Positions 46,576 through 55,613 of a DNA stretch of 64,000 nucleotides are shown one piece after another. The position numbers were made by a program, and so were the translations under genes. Numbering within the stretch: position 1 is the stretch's first letter; each line of letters starts with the position of its first letter. Source of the DNA: Anaerolineales bacterium (GTDB taxonomy: Bacteria; Chloroflexota; Anaerolineae; Anaerolineales; UBA11579); the NCBI GenBank assembly GCA_019637805.1, contig JAHBVB010000002.1, positions 263,981-327,980 on the forward strand, read 5' to 3'. The notes under the pieces are model-generated. The model made no database searches and was not told where the DNA came from. It worked only from the letters and a program-made list of their open reading frames with translations.

Positions 46576-47063
46576 TAACCACTCAACTTAATCGGCATCC
46601 CATTCGCAAAAAAGAAATAGTCCTGCGCAAAGGTTGGCGCGCCCAGCGTGTGCAGCCCGGCCAGCATTTGCGCCCGGTGGTCCGTGCCGTGGTTGAGCAC
46701 ATGGAAGAGGATCTGCCACACCTTCACATTGGGCATAAAGTCGCGCTGCAGTGTCTCATCCTCCAACCTGCCCAAATATTCGCGCATCCCCGCTTCCACC
46801 GCATCCCACTTGCTGCGTACACTGGCGAAATCCGGGTAGGCCAACGGGTCAGCGAAGTCCGGAACGTCCAGCCCGCGCAGCCCGCTGAACCAGCGCTCAT
46901 CAATGTTCAGTAAGTGCACGCATTGGTTGCGCATGGAGCCTATCGAATAATTCACTTCCTGGGTGAATTGCTCCGGCGTCAGAGTTAAGATGCACTGCTC
47001 CCAAAGCTCGCGGTTGCGTGTCAGGTGGTACTCAAACAAATTGTTAAAACTCTTAGCGTCCAT
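46575..47063 (-). CDS. DinB family protein
   Basis: 'FNNLFEYHLTRNRELWE', 'SMRNQCVHLLNIDERW' and 'HVLNHGTDHRAQ'. Confidence 0.8.
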   Translation of the reverse strand: MDAKSFNNLFEYHLTRNRELWEQCILTLTPEQFTQEVNYSIGSMRNQCVHLLNIDERWFSGLRGLDVPDFADPLAYPDFASVRSKWDAVEAGMREYLGRLEDETLQRDFMPNVKVWQILFHVLNHGTDHRAQMLAGLHTLGAPTFAQDYFFFANGMPIKLSG

Positions 47064-48146
47064 CTAATCCTCCTTCGAAAATCCCCATTCAACGGGGATC
47101 CCCAGAAATTGGGCATAGTCTTCGGCGGCGGTGTCCAGCAGCTGGCGCTCTTGCGCGTTCAGGGGCCGCACGGGCCGGATGTGGGCGCGGACCCGCTTCT
47201 CATCCAGCACCCGCCGCCAGCTGCCCAGGATCACGCCGTCGGCCACCAGCGCATGCAAGAAGGCATTGTCGAACACGCCGGCCTCGCCGCCGCGCAGCAT
47301 GGCCGCCGAGCGGTCCTTGTACCCGCTGATGTACTCATCGTAGGCCGGCAACAGCCAGCCCCGCCGGGCAGGTGGGGCTGGGGCTTCTCCCGGCGACCAC
47401 CAGTGCTCCGCACCATCCACCAGGTCTACAGCCAGGCCGTCCTTGGCGTCTTCCAGGCCGCGGCGGGCTTCGCCCAGCGTCAGGCCCGACCAGTTGGCGA
47501 AGTCCTGCACTGTCGCTGGCCCGCGCGCCGCAAAATAGCGCGCTGCGAACCGCGTCAGCTCCTCCTCGCGCCCAAGCGGATGGGCTTCGGCGGGTACGCG
47601 CTCGTCAAACAGGGCGTAGGTGAATTGCTTGTCCCGCCGCGGCCCGCTGCAGATCGCCATCTCCAACTCGGCGTACATCACCATATAGGCCAGGCGAAAG
47701 CGCTTGGCCGCCAGGCCGGCTTGTTCCAGCGCCGCGGCCAGCTCCTCGCGGGTCAGGGACTGTCCGCCTTCCAGGGCTCGTTGCATCACATCCACCGCCC
47801 GCACCAGGGTCTCTGCATCCAGGCCTTCCTGGCGGTACATGCTGCCATTCACGGTGTGCACCCGCCCGGCCGTTAGCCGCAGCAGCATGCGCATATCTTC
47901 AGGCAGCACAAAATGCCAGGTGGGCCGCAGCACATGTGTGCGCAGGATCCGCCCGGCATTGAAGGCGGCTTCCACCGTCGCCCTGGTTGCCCCGGCTGTG
48001 CGCAGGCCCAACGACCACAGCGCGCCGGGGTAGTCTTGGGCCTGCGCCGCCACCAGATGGCGCAGGGCGGCTTCGGGCGTGGGCTGTGCGGGCTGGCTCA
48101 GGCCCTGGTGCTGCAGGCGCAGAGCGCGTATTTGAGCGGCTTGCAT
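47064..48146 (-). CDS. winged-helix DNA glycosylase-like protein (YcaQ/AlkZ, DUF1006 family)
   Basis: About 360 aa with N-terminal 'LRLQHQGL' (QxQ-type motif) and 'TWHFV'. Its stop abuts the DinB start. Confidence 0.65.
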   Translation of the reverse strand: MQAAQIRALRLQHQGLSQPAQPTPEAALRHLVAAQAQDYPGALWSLGLRTAGATRATVEAAFNAGRILRTHVLRPTWHFVLPEDMRMLLRLTAGRVHTVNGSMYRQEGLDAETLVRAVDVMQRALEGGQSLTREELAAALEQAGLAAKRFRLAYMVMYAELEMAICSGPRRDKQFTYALFDERVPAEAHPLGREEELTRFAARYFAARGPATVQDFANWSGLTLGEARRGLEDAKDGLAVDLVDGAEHWWSPGEAPAPPARRGWLLPAYDEYISGYKDRSAAMLRGGEAGVFDNAFLHALVADGVILGSWRRVLDEKRVRAHIRPVRPLNAQERQLLDTAAEDYAQFLGIPVEWGFSKED

Positions 48147-48274
48147 GCCTAAAAGTATAGTCGCCGCGCGGGCTGGTTTTGGCGTATACAGCGGGAACTT
48201 TTTTGGGAGATAATCCGTTAATCAGGTAAGTCAGGCCGCTGGGCTTGGCAAAACCGAAAAAACGGAGAAATCGT

Positions 48275-49009
48275 ATGGTTAAAAAGAATGTCTTGTTTGT
48301 TTTGTTGGCGGCCATGCTCTTGGCGGCTTGCGCTCCCACGTCGCCGGCTCCCATCGTGGTGCCTGGCGCAGGCGCGGCCACCACGGGTGTCACCGTCGGC
48401 GGCCGTGGCGAAGTTCGCCTGGAGCCCAACGTAGCCTACATCACTATTGGCGTGCGCAGCTTCGGCAGCAACGTCTCTGAGGTAGTGGCGGCCAACGCCA
48501 ACCAGGTCTCTGCCGTCATGGCTGCTCTGGCTGATGCCGGGGTTGCTCAGGCCGATATGCAGACCTCCAACTTCAATGTCTACGCCTCGGACAGCTACGA
48601 TCCGTCCACCGGGTTGCCTTCCGGCACCAACTACACCGTGGAGAACACGGTCAATGTGACCGCCCGTGACCTGGCCAACCTGGGCCAGCTGCTGGACAGC
48701 GCCGTCTCCGCCGGAGCCAACTCCATCTGGGGTGTCAGCTTCGATGTGGATGACAAGAGCGCGCCGCAGGCCGAAGCGCGTGACCTGGCCATCGCTGATG
48801 CGATCGCCGAAGCGCAGGCTGTGGCTGCCGCCGCCGGCGTCACCCTGGGCGACATCGTCAGCATCACCTACGCCGACACCAGCGGTATGTACTACCCGCT
48901 GTACGGCATGGGCGGCGGCGGTGGAGCCCTCACCGACCAGGCCACCAGCATCGTCCCCGGACGCATCACCGTGTCCGCTGACGTGACCGTGACCTTCGCC
49001 ATCCGCTAA
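48275..49009 (+). CDS. SIMPL (DUF541) domain periplasmic/secreted protein
   Basis: Signal 'LFVLLAAMLLAAC'. The overall pattern resembles the 26-kDa periplasmic immunogenic protein family. GGAG lies 7 nt upstream of ATG 48275. Confidence 0.7.
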   Translation: MVKKNVLFVLLAAMLLAACAPTSPAPIVVPGAGAATTGVTVGGRGEVRLEPNVAYITIGVRSFGSNVSEVVAANANQVSAVMAALADAGVAQADMQTSNFNVYASDSYDPSTGLPSGTNYTVENTVNVTARDLANLGQLLDSAVSAGANSIWGVSFDVDDKSAPQAEARDLAIADAIAEAQAVAAAAGVTLGDIVSITYADTSGMYYPLYGMGGGGGALTDQATSIVPGRITVSADVTVTFAIR

Positions 49010-49026
49010 GCGCATCGCGATTAAAC

Positions 49027-49058
49027 AAAAAGCCCTGCAGCAATGCAGGGCTTTTTGT
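49027..49058 (+). terminator. intrinsic terminator
   Basis: Stem AGCCCTGCA / TGCAGGGCT followed by TTTTTGTTTTTG. Confidence 0.85.
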
Positions 49059-49082
49059 TTTTGTTGCAAACTTGTCATTCTT

Positions 49083-49147
49083 CGCGTCATTCTGAGCGGG
49101 TGCCTAGATCCCCACCAGAACCGCCGAATCCGGATCAGCGAAGAATT
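49083..49147 (+). repeat. 65-nt GTCATTCTGAGCGG...CAGCGAAGAATT element, copy 1 (upstream of chrA)
   Basis: The first 18 nt and last 12 nt are identical to the copy at 50476-50540, with the internal ACCAGA and CGCCGAA blocks also shared. A 9-bp outer stem pairs ATTCTTCGC (49077-49085) with GCGAAGAAT (49138-49146). Confidence 0.8.
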
Positions 49148-49283
49148 AACAGAGCCACATCTTCCGTGGCCCGCACCCCGAAACGCCATTTTCTCACGAT
49201 TGTAATAAATAATGCAAAATAATGATAAAAAGAATAAATTATTGCATAGACCCCGTTAGCCCAAACCCTGCTATCATCGCCCG

Positions 49284-50408
49284 ATGCGAGAATTGCTGCT
49301 GCTCTTTTTGCGCCTCGGCTTCACCGCCTTCGGCGGCCCGGCCGCCCACGTCGCCATGCTGCACGACGAAGTCGTCACCCGCCGCGGCTGGCTGACCCAG
49401 GCCGAATTTATGGACCTGCTCGGCATCACCAACCTCATCCCCGGCCCCAACTCCACCGAAATGATGATCCACGTCGGCTACCGCCGTGCCGGTTGGCTCG
49501 GCCTGCTGGCCGCCGGCCTGGCCTTCATCCTGCCCGCCATGCTCATCGTGTTGGTGCTGGCCTGGCTGTATGTCGAATACGGCAGCCTGCCAGCCGCCGC
49601 TTGGCTGCTGTACGGCGTCAAGCCCGTCGTCATCGTGCTCATCCTGCAAGCGCTGTGGAAGCTGGCCCCCGGCGCGCTCAAAGGGCTGGGGCTGACCCTG
49701 CTTGGTCTGGCCGCCCTGGTGCTGTACTTTGCCGGCATCAACGAGATCTTGCTGCTCTTCGGCCTGGCCCTGCTGGTGGTTGCCCTGCGCGCCGCCCGCC
49801 GCGGCGATACGCCCGGCCTGGCGCTGCTCTTGCCGCCTCTGGCCGGCTTGGCGGCTCCGGCGGCGCTCTCAGCAGTTGCCTTCAGCCTGCCCGTGCTGTT
49901 CCTCTCGTTCCTCAAAATTGGGGCCGTGCTCTACGGCGGCGGCTATGTGCTGCTGGCCTTCGTCCAGGCCGAGTTCGTCGAACGCCTGGGCTGGCTGACC
50001 CAAACCCAACTCCTCGACGCCATCGCCATCGGCCAGGTCACCCCCGGCCCGCTCTTCACCACCGCCACCTTCATCGGCTACGTGCTGGGTGGGCTGCCGG
50101 GCGGCCTGCTGGCCACCCTGGGCATCTTCCTGCCCTCATTCATCTTCGTCGCCCTCACGCACCGCTGGATCGAACGCCTGCGCCACAGCCCACTGGCGGC
50201 CGCCTTCCTGGACGGCGTCAACGCCGCCTCGCTGGGCCTGATGGCCGCCGTGGCCCTGCAGTTGGCCACCGCCTCCTTTGTAGACCTGCCCACCGCCCTT
50301 ATCGGCTTGGCCGCTGCCGTGCTGCTCTTCCGCTTTAAAGTCAATTCCACCTGGCTGATCGTTGCCGGAGCGTTGGCCGGGTTGTTGGTTCATTTCCTGG
50401 CTGGGTAG
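49284..50408 (+). CDS. chrA: chromate transporter (CHR family)
   Basis: 'FGGPAAHVAMLHDEVV', with a second half 'GAVLYGGGYVLLAFVQAEFV' (internal duplication). Confidence 0.88.
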   Translation: MRELLLLFLRLGFTAFGGPAAHVAMLHDEVVTRRGWLTQAEFMDLLGITNLIPGPNSTEMMIHVGYRRAGWLGLLAAGLAFILPAMLIVLVLAWLYVEYGSLPAAAWLLYGVKPVVIVLILQALWKLAPGALKGLGLTLLGLAALVLYFAGINEILLLFGLALLVVALRAARRGDTPGLALLLPPLAGLAAPAALSAVAFSLPVLFLSFLKIGAVLYGGGYVLLAFVQAEFVERLGWLTQTQLLDAIAIGQVTPGPLFTTATFIGYVLGGLPGGLLATLGIFLPSFIFVALTHRWIERLRHSPLAAAFLDGVNAASLGLMAAVALQLATASFVDLPTALIGLAAAVLLFRFKVNSTWLIVAGALAGLLVHFLAG

Positions 50409-50475
50409 GGGCTGGCTAGGCAAGTAAGGCTGGTTGAGTAGGGGCGGCTTGCAAGCCGCCCCTGCTCCTTACTCT

Positions 50476-50540
50476 CGCGTCATTCTGAGCGGGGTCATAA
50501 AGCCTTTACCAGATCGCCGAACCCCAGCCAGCGAAGAATT
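50476..50540 (+). repeat. 65-nt GTCATTCTGAGCGG...CAGCGAAGAATT element, copy 2 (downstream of chrA)
   Basis: Same orientation and length as copy 1. Confidence 0.8.
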
Positions 50541-50798
50541 TATACTGGCATGGTTTCGGAATTGCCGCCAACTCGCCAATCACCCGCTTCTGCTTGACGC
50601 AACACCCCCAAGCGCCCCGAAATCCCCAATCGGCGCGATAACAGTCCCATGCCCACCAATCTATCTTTCGTCCGAGAAAAGTTTGATTAACCTGTCAAGT
50701 TTGATTAAACCCCCCGCCCCCCTGGAGGATTAATATATCTTTTTGATAAGCTGGCTGGAAGACTGGCGCTACTGTTAGTCCCGTAGGGCCGCAGCCTT

Positions 50799-50820
50799 GT
50801 CCCGAGCGGAGCGAAGGGAT
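50799..50820. repeat. compact GTCCCGAGCGGAGCGAAGGGAT hairpin element
   Basis: Same GAGCGG/AGCGAAG core without the internal insert. It is nested in a longer stem, AGGGC(C)GCAGC...GCTGCGCCCT, spanning about 50786-50830. Confidence 0.5.
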
Positions 50821-50862
50821 GCTGCGCCCTTGCCACTGTGGTTCGGTAAACAAGAAATGGGG

Positions 50863-52245
50863 CTAAAAATCGAAAGTGATCACATTGCGGCTGGTGTCCA
50901 CCACGCCGCTCAGGTCATACGGCATCGCCCCGGTGATGCGCACCGGCACGATCTCGCCCAGGGGCGGCTGGCCTTCCACGAAGACCAGCCCGTCGATCTC
51001 TGGTGCGTCGCGGTAACTGCGGCCCACCGCGATCGGTTCAGCGCTGCCTTCCACTTCGCCGTGGCCTTCGATCAGCACATCCAGCGTCTTGCCCACCAAG
51101 GCCTGGTTGTTCTCCAGCGAAATGCGCTGCTGGGCCAGCATCAAGCGCTCTTTGCGTTCATCCTTCACTTCCTGTGGCAGCGGGTCGCCCAGCGGCTCGC
51201 TGGTCGTCCCCGGTTCGAACGAGAAGGTGAACACGCCCAGGCGGTCAAAGCGGATCTCTTCAATAAACTCCATCAAGGCCTGGAACTCTTCTTCGGTCTC
51301 GCCCGGGTAGCCCACAATAAACGTAGAGCGCAGCGCCAGGTCGGGCAGGGCCGCCCGCATCTTGGCCAGCGTGCGGTGCACCCAGCCCATGTTGGCCGGG
51401 CGGCGCATGCGCTTCAGCGTCGCCGGGTGGGCGTGCTGCAGCGGCATGTCCAAATAGGGGATCAGTTGCTTGTGGCTTGCCATCACTTCGATCTGCCGGT
51501 CGGTCAACGAGCCGGGGAAGTTGTACAAAATGCGGATCCAGTCCACGCCTGGCGCGGTCTCCACCAGCGCTTCCAGCAGGCCGGCCAGCCCGTCCTTCAC
51601 GCCCAGCTCGTGGCCGTAGTCGGTGATGTCCTGGGCGATCAGGTTGATCTCGCGCACGCCGGCCGTTTCCAGGGCACGCGCCTCGGCCAAAATGCTCTCC
51701 CGCGGCCGGCTGACCAGCGTGCCTTTGATCAGCGGGATGGCGCAAAAAGCGCACGGCCGCCGGCAGCCGTCGGCGATCTTCAAATAAGCGCTGTACCCTT
51801 GTTGGGCCACGCGCAGCACATCACCCTCGTCGCGGCCCACCGTGGCGGCTTCATCCGGCAGGTGGTACAGCGGCTCCGGGCTGGTGCGCCGGCGCAGCTT
51901 GCCCACCAGCTCCAGCACATCCATCCAGCGCCGGGTGCCCAGCAGGGCATCCACGCCCGGCACGCGCTCGATCACTTCCGCGCCATAGCGCTGGCTTAGG
52001 CAGCCCGCCGCGATCAGCCATTGGTCGCCGCGCTTGCCTGCCGCCAGCTCGCCCAGCACCTGGTAGGACTCTTCTTTGGCCGGGCCAATGAAACCGCAGG
52101 TGTTAACGATCAGCACTTCGGCCTCGGCCGGGCTGCTGCTGGCGCGGTACCCGTCGCCCGCCAGCACCTGCGCCATCGATTCGGAATCGACCGTGTTCTT
52201 GGCGCAGCCCAGCGAAACCAAATGAAAGGACTTGGAGGAAGACAT
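50863..52245 (-). CDS. rimO: ribosomal protein S12 methylthiotransferase
   Basis: 'FHLVSLGCAKNTVDSE', radical-SAM 'CRRPCAFC' and a TRAM C-terminus. The ATG at 52254 is an alternative start. Confidence 0.9.
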   Translation of the reverse strand: MSSSKSFHLVSLGCAKNTVDSESMAQVLAGDGYRASSSPAEAEVLIVNTCGFIGPAKEESYQVLGELAAGKRGDQWLIAAGCLSQRYGAEVIERVPGVDALLGTRRWMDVLELVGKLRRRTSPEPLYHLPDEAATVGRDEGDVLRVAQQGYSAYLKIADGCRRPCAFCAIPLIKGTLVSRPRESILAEARALETAGVREINLIAQDITDYGHELGVKDGLAGLLEALVETAPGVDWIRILYNFPGSLTDRQIEVMASHKQLIPYLDMPLQHAHPATLKRMRRPANMGWVHRTLAKMRAALPDLALRSTFIVGYPGETEEEFQALMEFIEEIRFDRLGVFTFSFEPGTTSEPLGDPLPQEVKDERKERLMLAQQRISLENNQALVGKTLDVLIEGHGEVEGSAEPIAVGRSYRDAPEIDGLVFVEGQPPLGEIVPVRITGAMPYDLSGVVDTSRNVITFDF

Positions 52246-52255
52246 TCCAGCCATT

Positions 52256-53572
52256 CTAGGGGCTGCCACCGCTTGCGTCAACCGTATTGGTCGGCTGCGG
52301 GGTCAGCGTGGGCGTGGGGGATGGCGTGGGGCTGGGCGTCAGCAGGAAGTCGGCGGTGGCCGTCAAGATCGCCGGGTCAGTGGTCGGGGTTGGGGTTACC
52401 GTCGGCGTGGCCGCGCCTTGCTGGTTGAAGATGATATGCACTACGGCGCTGTAGTTGCCCAGCAGCCCCAGGTCTTGCTCGTTGAGGAAAGCCCGCACGG
52501 CCGCGCCGTTGCCGGCCACCAGTGTGATCTGGTTGAGCGCATTGAAGCTGTAGCTGCGGCCGGGCAGCGTGCGCCCCTCGAACTGGATCTCGCCGTCCAC
52601 AGTCACCTGCATCCAGGTGCGCTGCAGGGCCAGCAGGCGGATGGACACCGTGCCGCTGGCGCCCACTTCGATCGTCGCTTCGCCCAGCACGCCCGGGGTG
52701 GGGGTGGCCTGGTCGCCCAGCAGGTTGATCGATCCGGGCGTGCCCGCTGGCGCCTCGTCCACAGACGGCGGCGCCGGCGTATTCAGCAGCAGGCCGGTCA
52801 GGGGTGGGGCGGTGGGCTCTGGCTCCTGGTTGGCCTGGGCCGCTGCCACCCGGCCAATGCCCCAGGCCACAAAGACCAGCAGGGTCAGCCCCAGAAAACT
52901 GCCCAGCAGCAGGTCGCGCGAGAACAGCGTGCTCAGCCAGGGCGGCAGCCGCAGCACCAGCTTGGGCAGCTGGAAGCTGGGCCGTTTGATGCGGGGCTTG
53001 CTCGCCTGCCGGGCGGCGAAGCGCGCTTGCAGCGCTTCCGCATAACGCAGCAGCAGGCCTTCGCCTTCCAAGCCGAGGAAGTCGGCGTAATTGCTCAGCA
53101 GGCCGCGCGCCTGCGTGGGCGAGGGAAAGCTGTCAAAATCGCCCTTCTCCAGTCGCTGCAGTTGGTGTTCGGGAATGTGCGTGCTGGATTCCACTTCCGC
53201 GACGCTCAGTTGCAGGGCTTCGCGTTGCTGGCGCAGCTCGGCGCCGATCGCCGCAAATGTGGCTGCGCTGTGGTCGCCATCTGCCGCCGGGGCGATCGGC
53301 GCTGGCGTCGCCGGGTTCTCTTCGGCCGCGACGGGTTCAGGTTTGGGCTGCAGCAGGTCCAGCAGCGCTTTGCCGTCCAGCTCCAGGTAGGCGGCGTAGG
53401 CCCGCAAAAAGCCGCGCAGCTGCGCCGCCGAGGCCAGCTGGCTCAGGTCGCCGGCTTCCAGCGCCGCCAAATATTGCACGCGGATATGGGTGGCTTGTGA
53501 GACTTCGCCCAGGTCCAGACCGCGTCGTTCACGCGCCTGGCGTAATTGCTGGCCAACTTCAATTGCGCTCAT
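52256..53572 (-). CDS. RodZ-like cytoskeleton protein with duplicated HTH module
   Basis: Two XRE/RodZ HTH units, 'VGQQLRQARERRGLDLGEVSQATHIRVQYLAALEAGD' and 'IGAELRQQREALQLSVAEVESSTHIPEHQLQRLEKGD'. One TM helix and a DUF4115-like C-terminal domain. Confidence 0.75.
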   Translation of the reverse strand: MSAIEVGQQLRQARERRGLDLGEVSQATHIRVQYLAALEAGDLSQLASAAQLRGFLRAYAAYLELDGKALLDLLQPKPEPVAAEENPATPAPIAPAADGDHSAATFAAIGAELRQQREALQLSVAEVESSTHIPEHQLQRLEKGDFDSFPSPTQARGLLSNYADFLGLEGEGLLLRYAEALQARFAARQASKPRIKRPSFQLPKLVLRLPPWLSTLFSRDLLLGSFLGLTLLVFVAWGIGRVAAAQANQEPEPTAPPLTGLLLNTPAPPSVDEAPAGTPGSINLLGDQATPTPGVLGEATIEVGASGTVSIRLLALQRTWMQVTVDGEIQFEGRTLPGRSYSFNALNQITLVAGNGAAVRAFLNEQDLGLLGNYSAVVHIIFNQQGAATPTVTPTPTTDPAILTATADFLLTPSPTPSPTPTLTPQPTNTVDASGGSP

Positions 53573-53656
53573 TGTCGGGAAGAAAAATCAGCCTGCGGCA
53601 TGGGGACGCGCAGGCTGATAATCAAACATGGAAAGGCCTGCCCGTTGGGCAGTGGC

Positions 53657-54316
53657 TTAGTTCCCCTCGGCGTCTTCGTCCTCACCAGCGGTGTGGGCGT
53701 CCAGCTCCTCGCTGGCTTCAGCTTCGGGTTCACCCGCGGCTTCCGCGGCAGGTTCTGTGGCGGCTTCGGCCACTTCTTCGATCTCTTCAACCACGGCCGC
53801 CACCTGGGGTCCACCACCGCCGCTGGCAGCCGCCAGCTCTTCGGCGGCCATCATGTAGTTCTCGGGGTTCTCGCCTTCGCGGTACACGATCACCTCAAAC
53901 TCAGGGATGATGTCCACTGTCAAGCGCACGGCGGCCTTGTGCAGACCCAGCAGGCGCAGCGGATCGGTGTTGATCTGGCGCTTATCCAGCATCAGCCCCA
54001 GCTTCTCGTTCAGCTGGTCGGCCATCATCTGCGTGGTCACCGAGCCGTACAGTTTGCCGGTTTCACCGGCGCGGGCGGGGAAGAACAACTGCAGGCCCGC
54101 AAAGCGCTCGGCCACCACCTTCATCTCGGTGTTCAGCTGGTCGCGGCGCTTGCCAGCTTCCGCGCTAATGCGCTCGGCCATCTTGACCGCGCCCTTGGTG
54201 GCGGGCACAGCCAGACCCTGGGGGATCAGGAAGTTGCGGCCAAACCCGTTGGCCACTTTCTTCACCTGGCCGGCGCGGCCCAGTTTATATACATCTTCAA
54301 GCAATAAAACGTCCAT
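53657..54316 (-). CDS. rplI: 50S ribosomal protein L9 with acidic C-terminal extension
   Basis: 'MDVLLLEDVYKLGRAGQVKKVANGFGRNFLIPQGLA'. CAT at 54314-54316 with AGGA upstream. About 65 extra Glu/Ala-rich residues follow the L9 fold. Confidence 0.9.
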   Translation of the reverse strand: MDVLLLEDVYKLGRAGQVKKVANGFGRNFLIPQGLAVPATKGAVKMAERISAEAGKRRDQLNTEMKVVAERFAGLQLFFPARAGETGKLYGSVTTQMMADQLNEKLGLMLDKRQINTDPLRLLGLHKAAVRLTVDIIPEFEVIVYREGENPENYMMAAEELAAASGGGGPQVAAVVEEIEEVAEAATEPAAEAAGEPEAEASEELDAHTAGEDEDAEGN

Positions 54317-54414
54317 CGTATGGTTCCTTGGTCCTTTTGGGGCTTTCCGGGCCGGTTTAGCCCGGCGCAGGACGGGCTGAATTCTACCAGAGGGGGGTAC
54401 AAGCGTCAACGACC

Positions 54415-55572
54415 TTAAGGCCGTGCAGTGGCCGTGGCCAGCAGCCCATCCAGGATCCAGCCATAGGCATCCAGGCTGGGCACATACACCCGCAACCACA
54501 GCCGGCCGCCAGCGCTGGCCGGCGGCTCGGGTAGCAAGTGCACCACGCTTCCATTCAATACGGAGCTGATGGTTTGCCCGGCCGGTTCGGCGCGCACAAA
54601 GGCGCCATTGCTGTCGGGCACTGCGATCACTGCGATCACCGGCTGCGGCGTGGGGCTGGGGGTCTGTGAGGGCGTGGGGGTTGGCGACGGCGTACGTGTG
54701 GGTCTTGGGCTGGGCGTGGGTGTCTGGCTTGGCGTTGGGGTTTGTGTCTGGCTGGGCGTTACGCTGGGCGTCAGTGTGGGCAGCCCCAGGCGGGCGCCCA
54801 GCACGGCTCCCGCGCCGCTCAGGATCACGAAGAACAGCGCGGCCGCCAGCAGCAGCGCACCCCCAATGGAATAGCCGAGGAAGTTCGGCGGGCGGAAGCC
54901 GGCCAAAGCCAGGCCCAGCGCGCCGGCCAGCACGGCCGCCGCCAGGTGCAGGGCGAAGATCACCAGGCCATCCGGCCACAAGAAAGCGCCGCCACCGCCC
55001 AGCCCAAATCCGGCGGCCACTGCCGGGGCGAACAGGCCGTAGGCCAGCAGCAGGCTGGGCAGCTCGGCCTGCTGCTCACGCACCAGGGTGGCCGTGGTCA
55101 GCGCACCGGCGGCCAGCATCAGCAGCAGGGCCAGCCAGTCAAAGCGCGTATGGGTCAGGGCCAGGCTGCTGCCGCCTGCGCCGGCGGCTAGGCCGGCTAG
55201 CCAGCCGGCGCCCATTGCCAGCCCGCAGCCCAGCAGCAGGGCGGCCAGACCGCGCACAAACTGGCGCGGCGCACCCAGCGCCACGCCCAAGGCGATACCG
55301 GCCGCCGGCGTCATCGCCGGGGCCATCAACGCGCCCAGCAGCAGCAAGTAGGGCGCATTCCACAGAAAGGCCAGGGCCATCACCGCCCCGGAGAAAAGGC
55401 TGTATAAAAAGAAGTCCAGGTTGGGCGCCGCCTGCTGCGCCACGCGCTCCAGCGCTTGGCTGCGTTCATCGCTGTCCAGCGGGCCAAACAAGTTGCGGGC
55501 GTTCTGCCGCCGCCGGGCGGCGGGCAGCTGCGGGTCATTGTCTGGCTGGGTGTGGATCGGCGGTAGGTTCAT
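54415..55572 (-). CDS. DUF389-like membrane protein with C-terminal SH3b-like domain
   Basis: '[25 protein letters not shown]', a Thr/Pro/Ser linker, then '[25 protein letters not shown]...GWILDGLL'. The TTG at 55608 is an alternative start. Confidence 0.55.
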   Translation of the reverse strand: MNLPPIHTQPDNDPQLPAARRRQNARNLFGPLDSDERSQALERVAQQAAPNLDFFLYSLFSGAVMALAFLWNAPYLLLLGALMAPAMTPAAGIALGVALGAPRQFVRGLAALLLGCGLAMGAGWLAGLAAGAGGSSLALTHTRFDWLALLLMLAAGALTTATLVREQQAELPSLLLAYGLFAPAVAAGFGLGGGGAFLWPDGLVIFALHLAAAVLAGALGLALAGFRPPNFLGYSIGGALLLAAALFFVILSGAGAVLGARLGLPTLTPSVTPSQTQTPTPSQTPTPSPRPTRTPSPTPTPSQTPSPTPQPVIAVIAVPDSNGAFVRAEPAGQTISSVLNGSVVHLLPEPPASAGGRLWLRVYVPSLDAYGWILDGLLATATARP

Positions 55573-55613
55573 TCGCAGTGTGGGTTGCGCGGTATTATAC
55601 AAGAGCAACTTTT

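Noticed and set aside
50434-50733. 99-aa ORF downstream of chrA.
   Set aside because: It runs through the 65-nt repeat element ('RVILSG' is the translated repeat). It has no SD and no motifs, so it is likely non-coding.
53657-54979. 440-aa ORF that would extend L9 far upstream.
   Set aside because: Only the last 219 codons look like L9 (start CAT at 54314-54316 with an SD). The upstream part is Arg/Pro-rich and overlaps the DUF389-like gene in another frame.
54666-55613. N-terminal 316 codons of the 643-aa ORF 54666..56597.
   Set aside because: This part is Arg/Pro/Ala-rich shadow sequence antisense to the DUF389-like gene. A genuine lipoprotein signal starts at ATG 55614.
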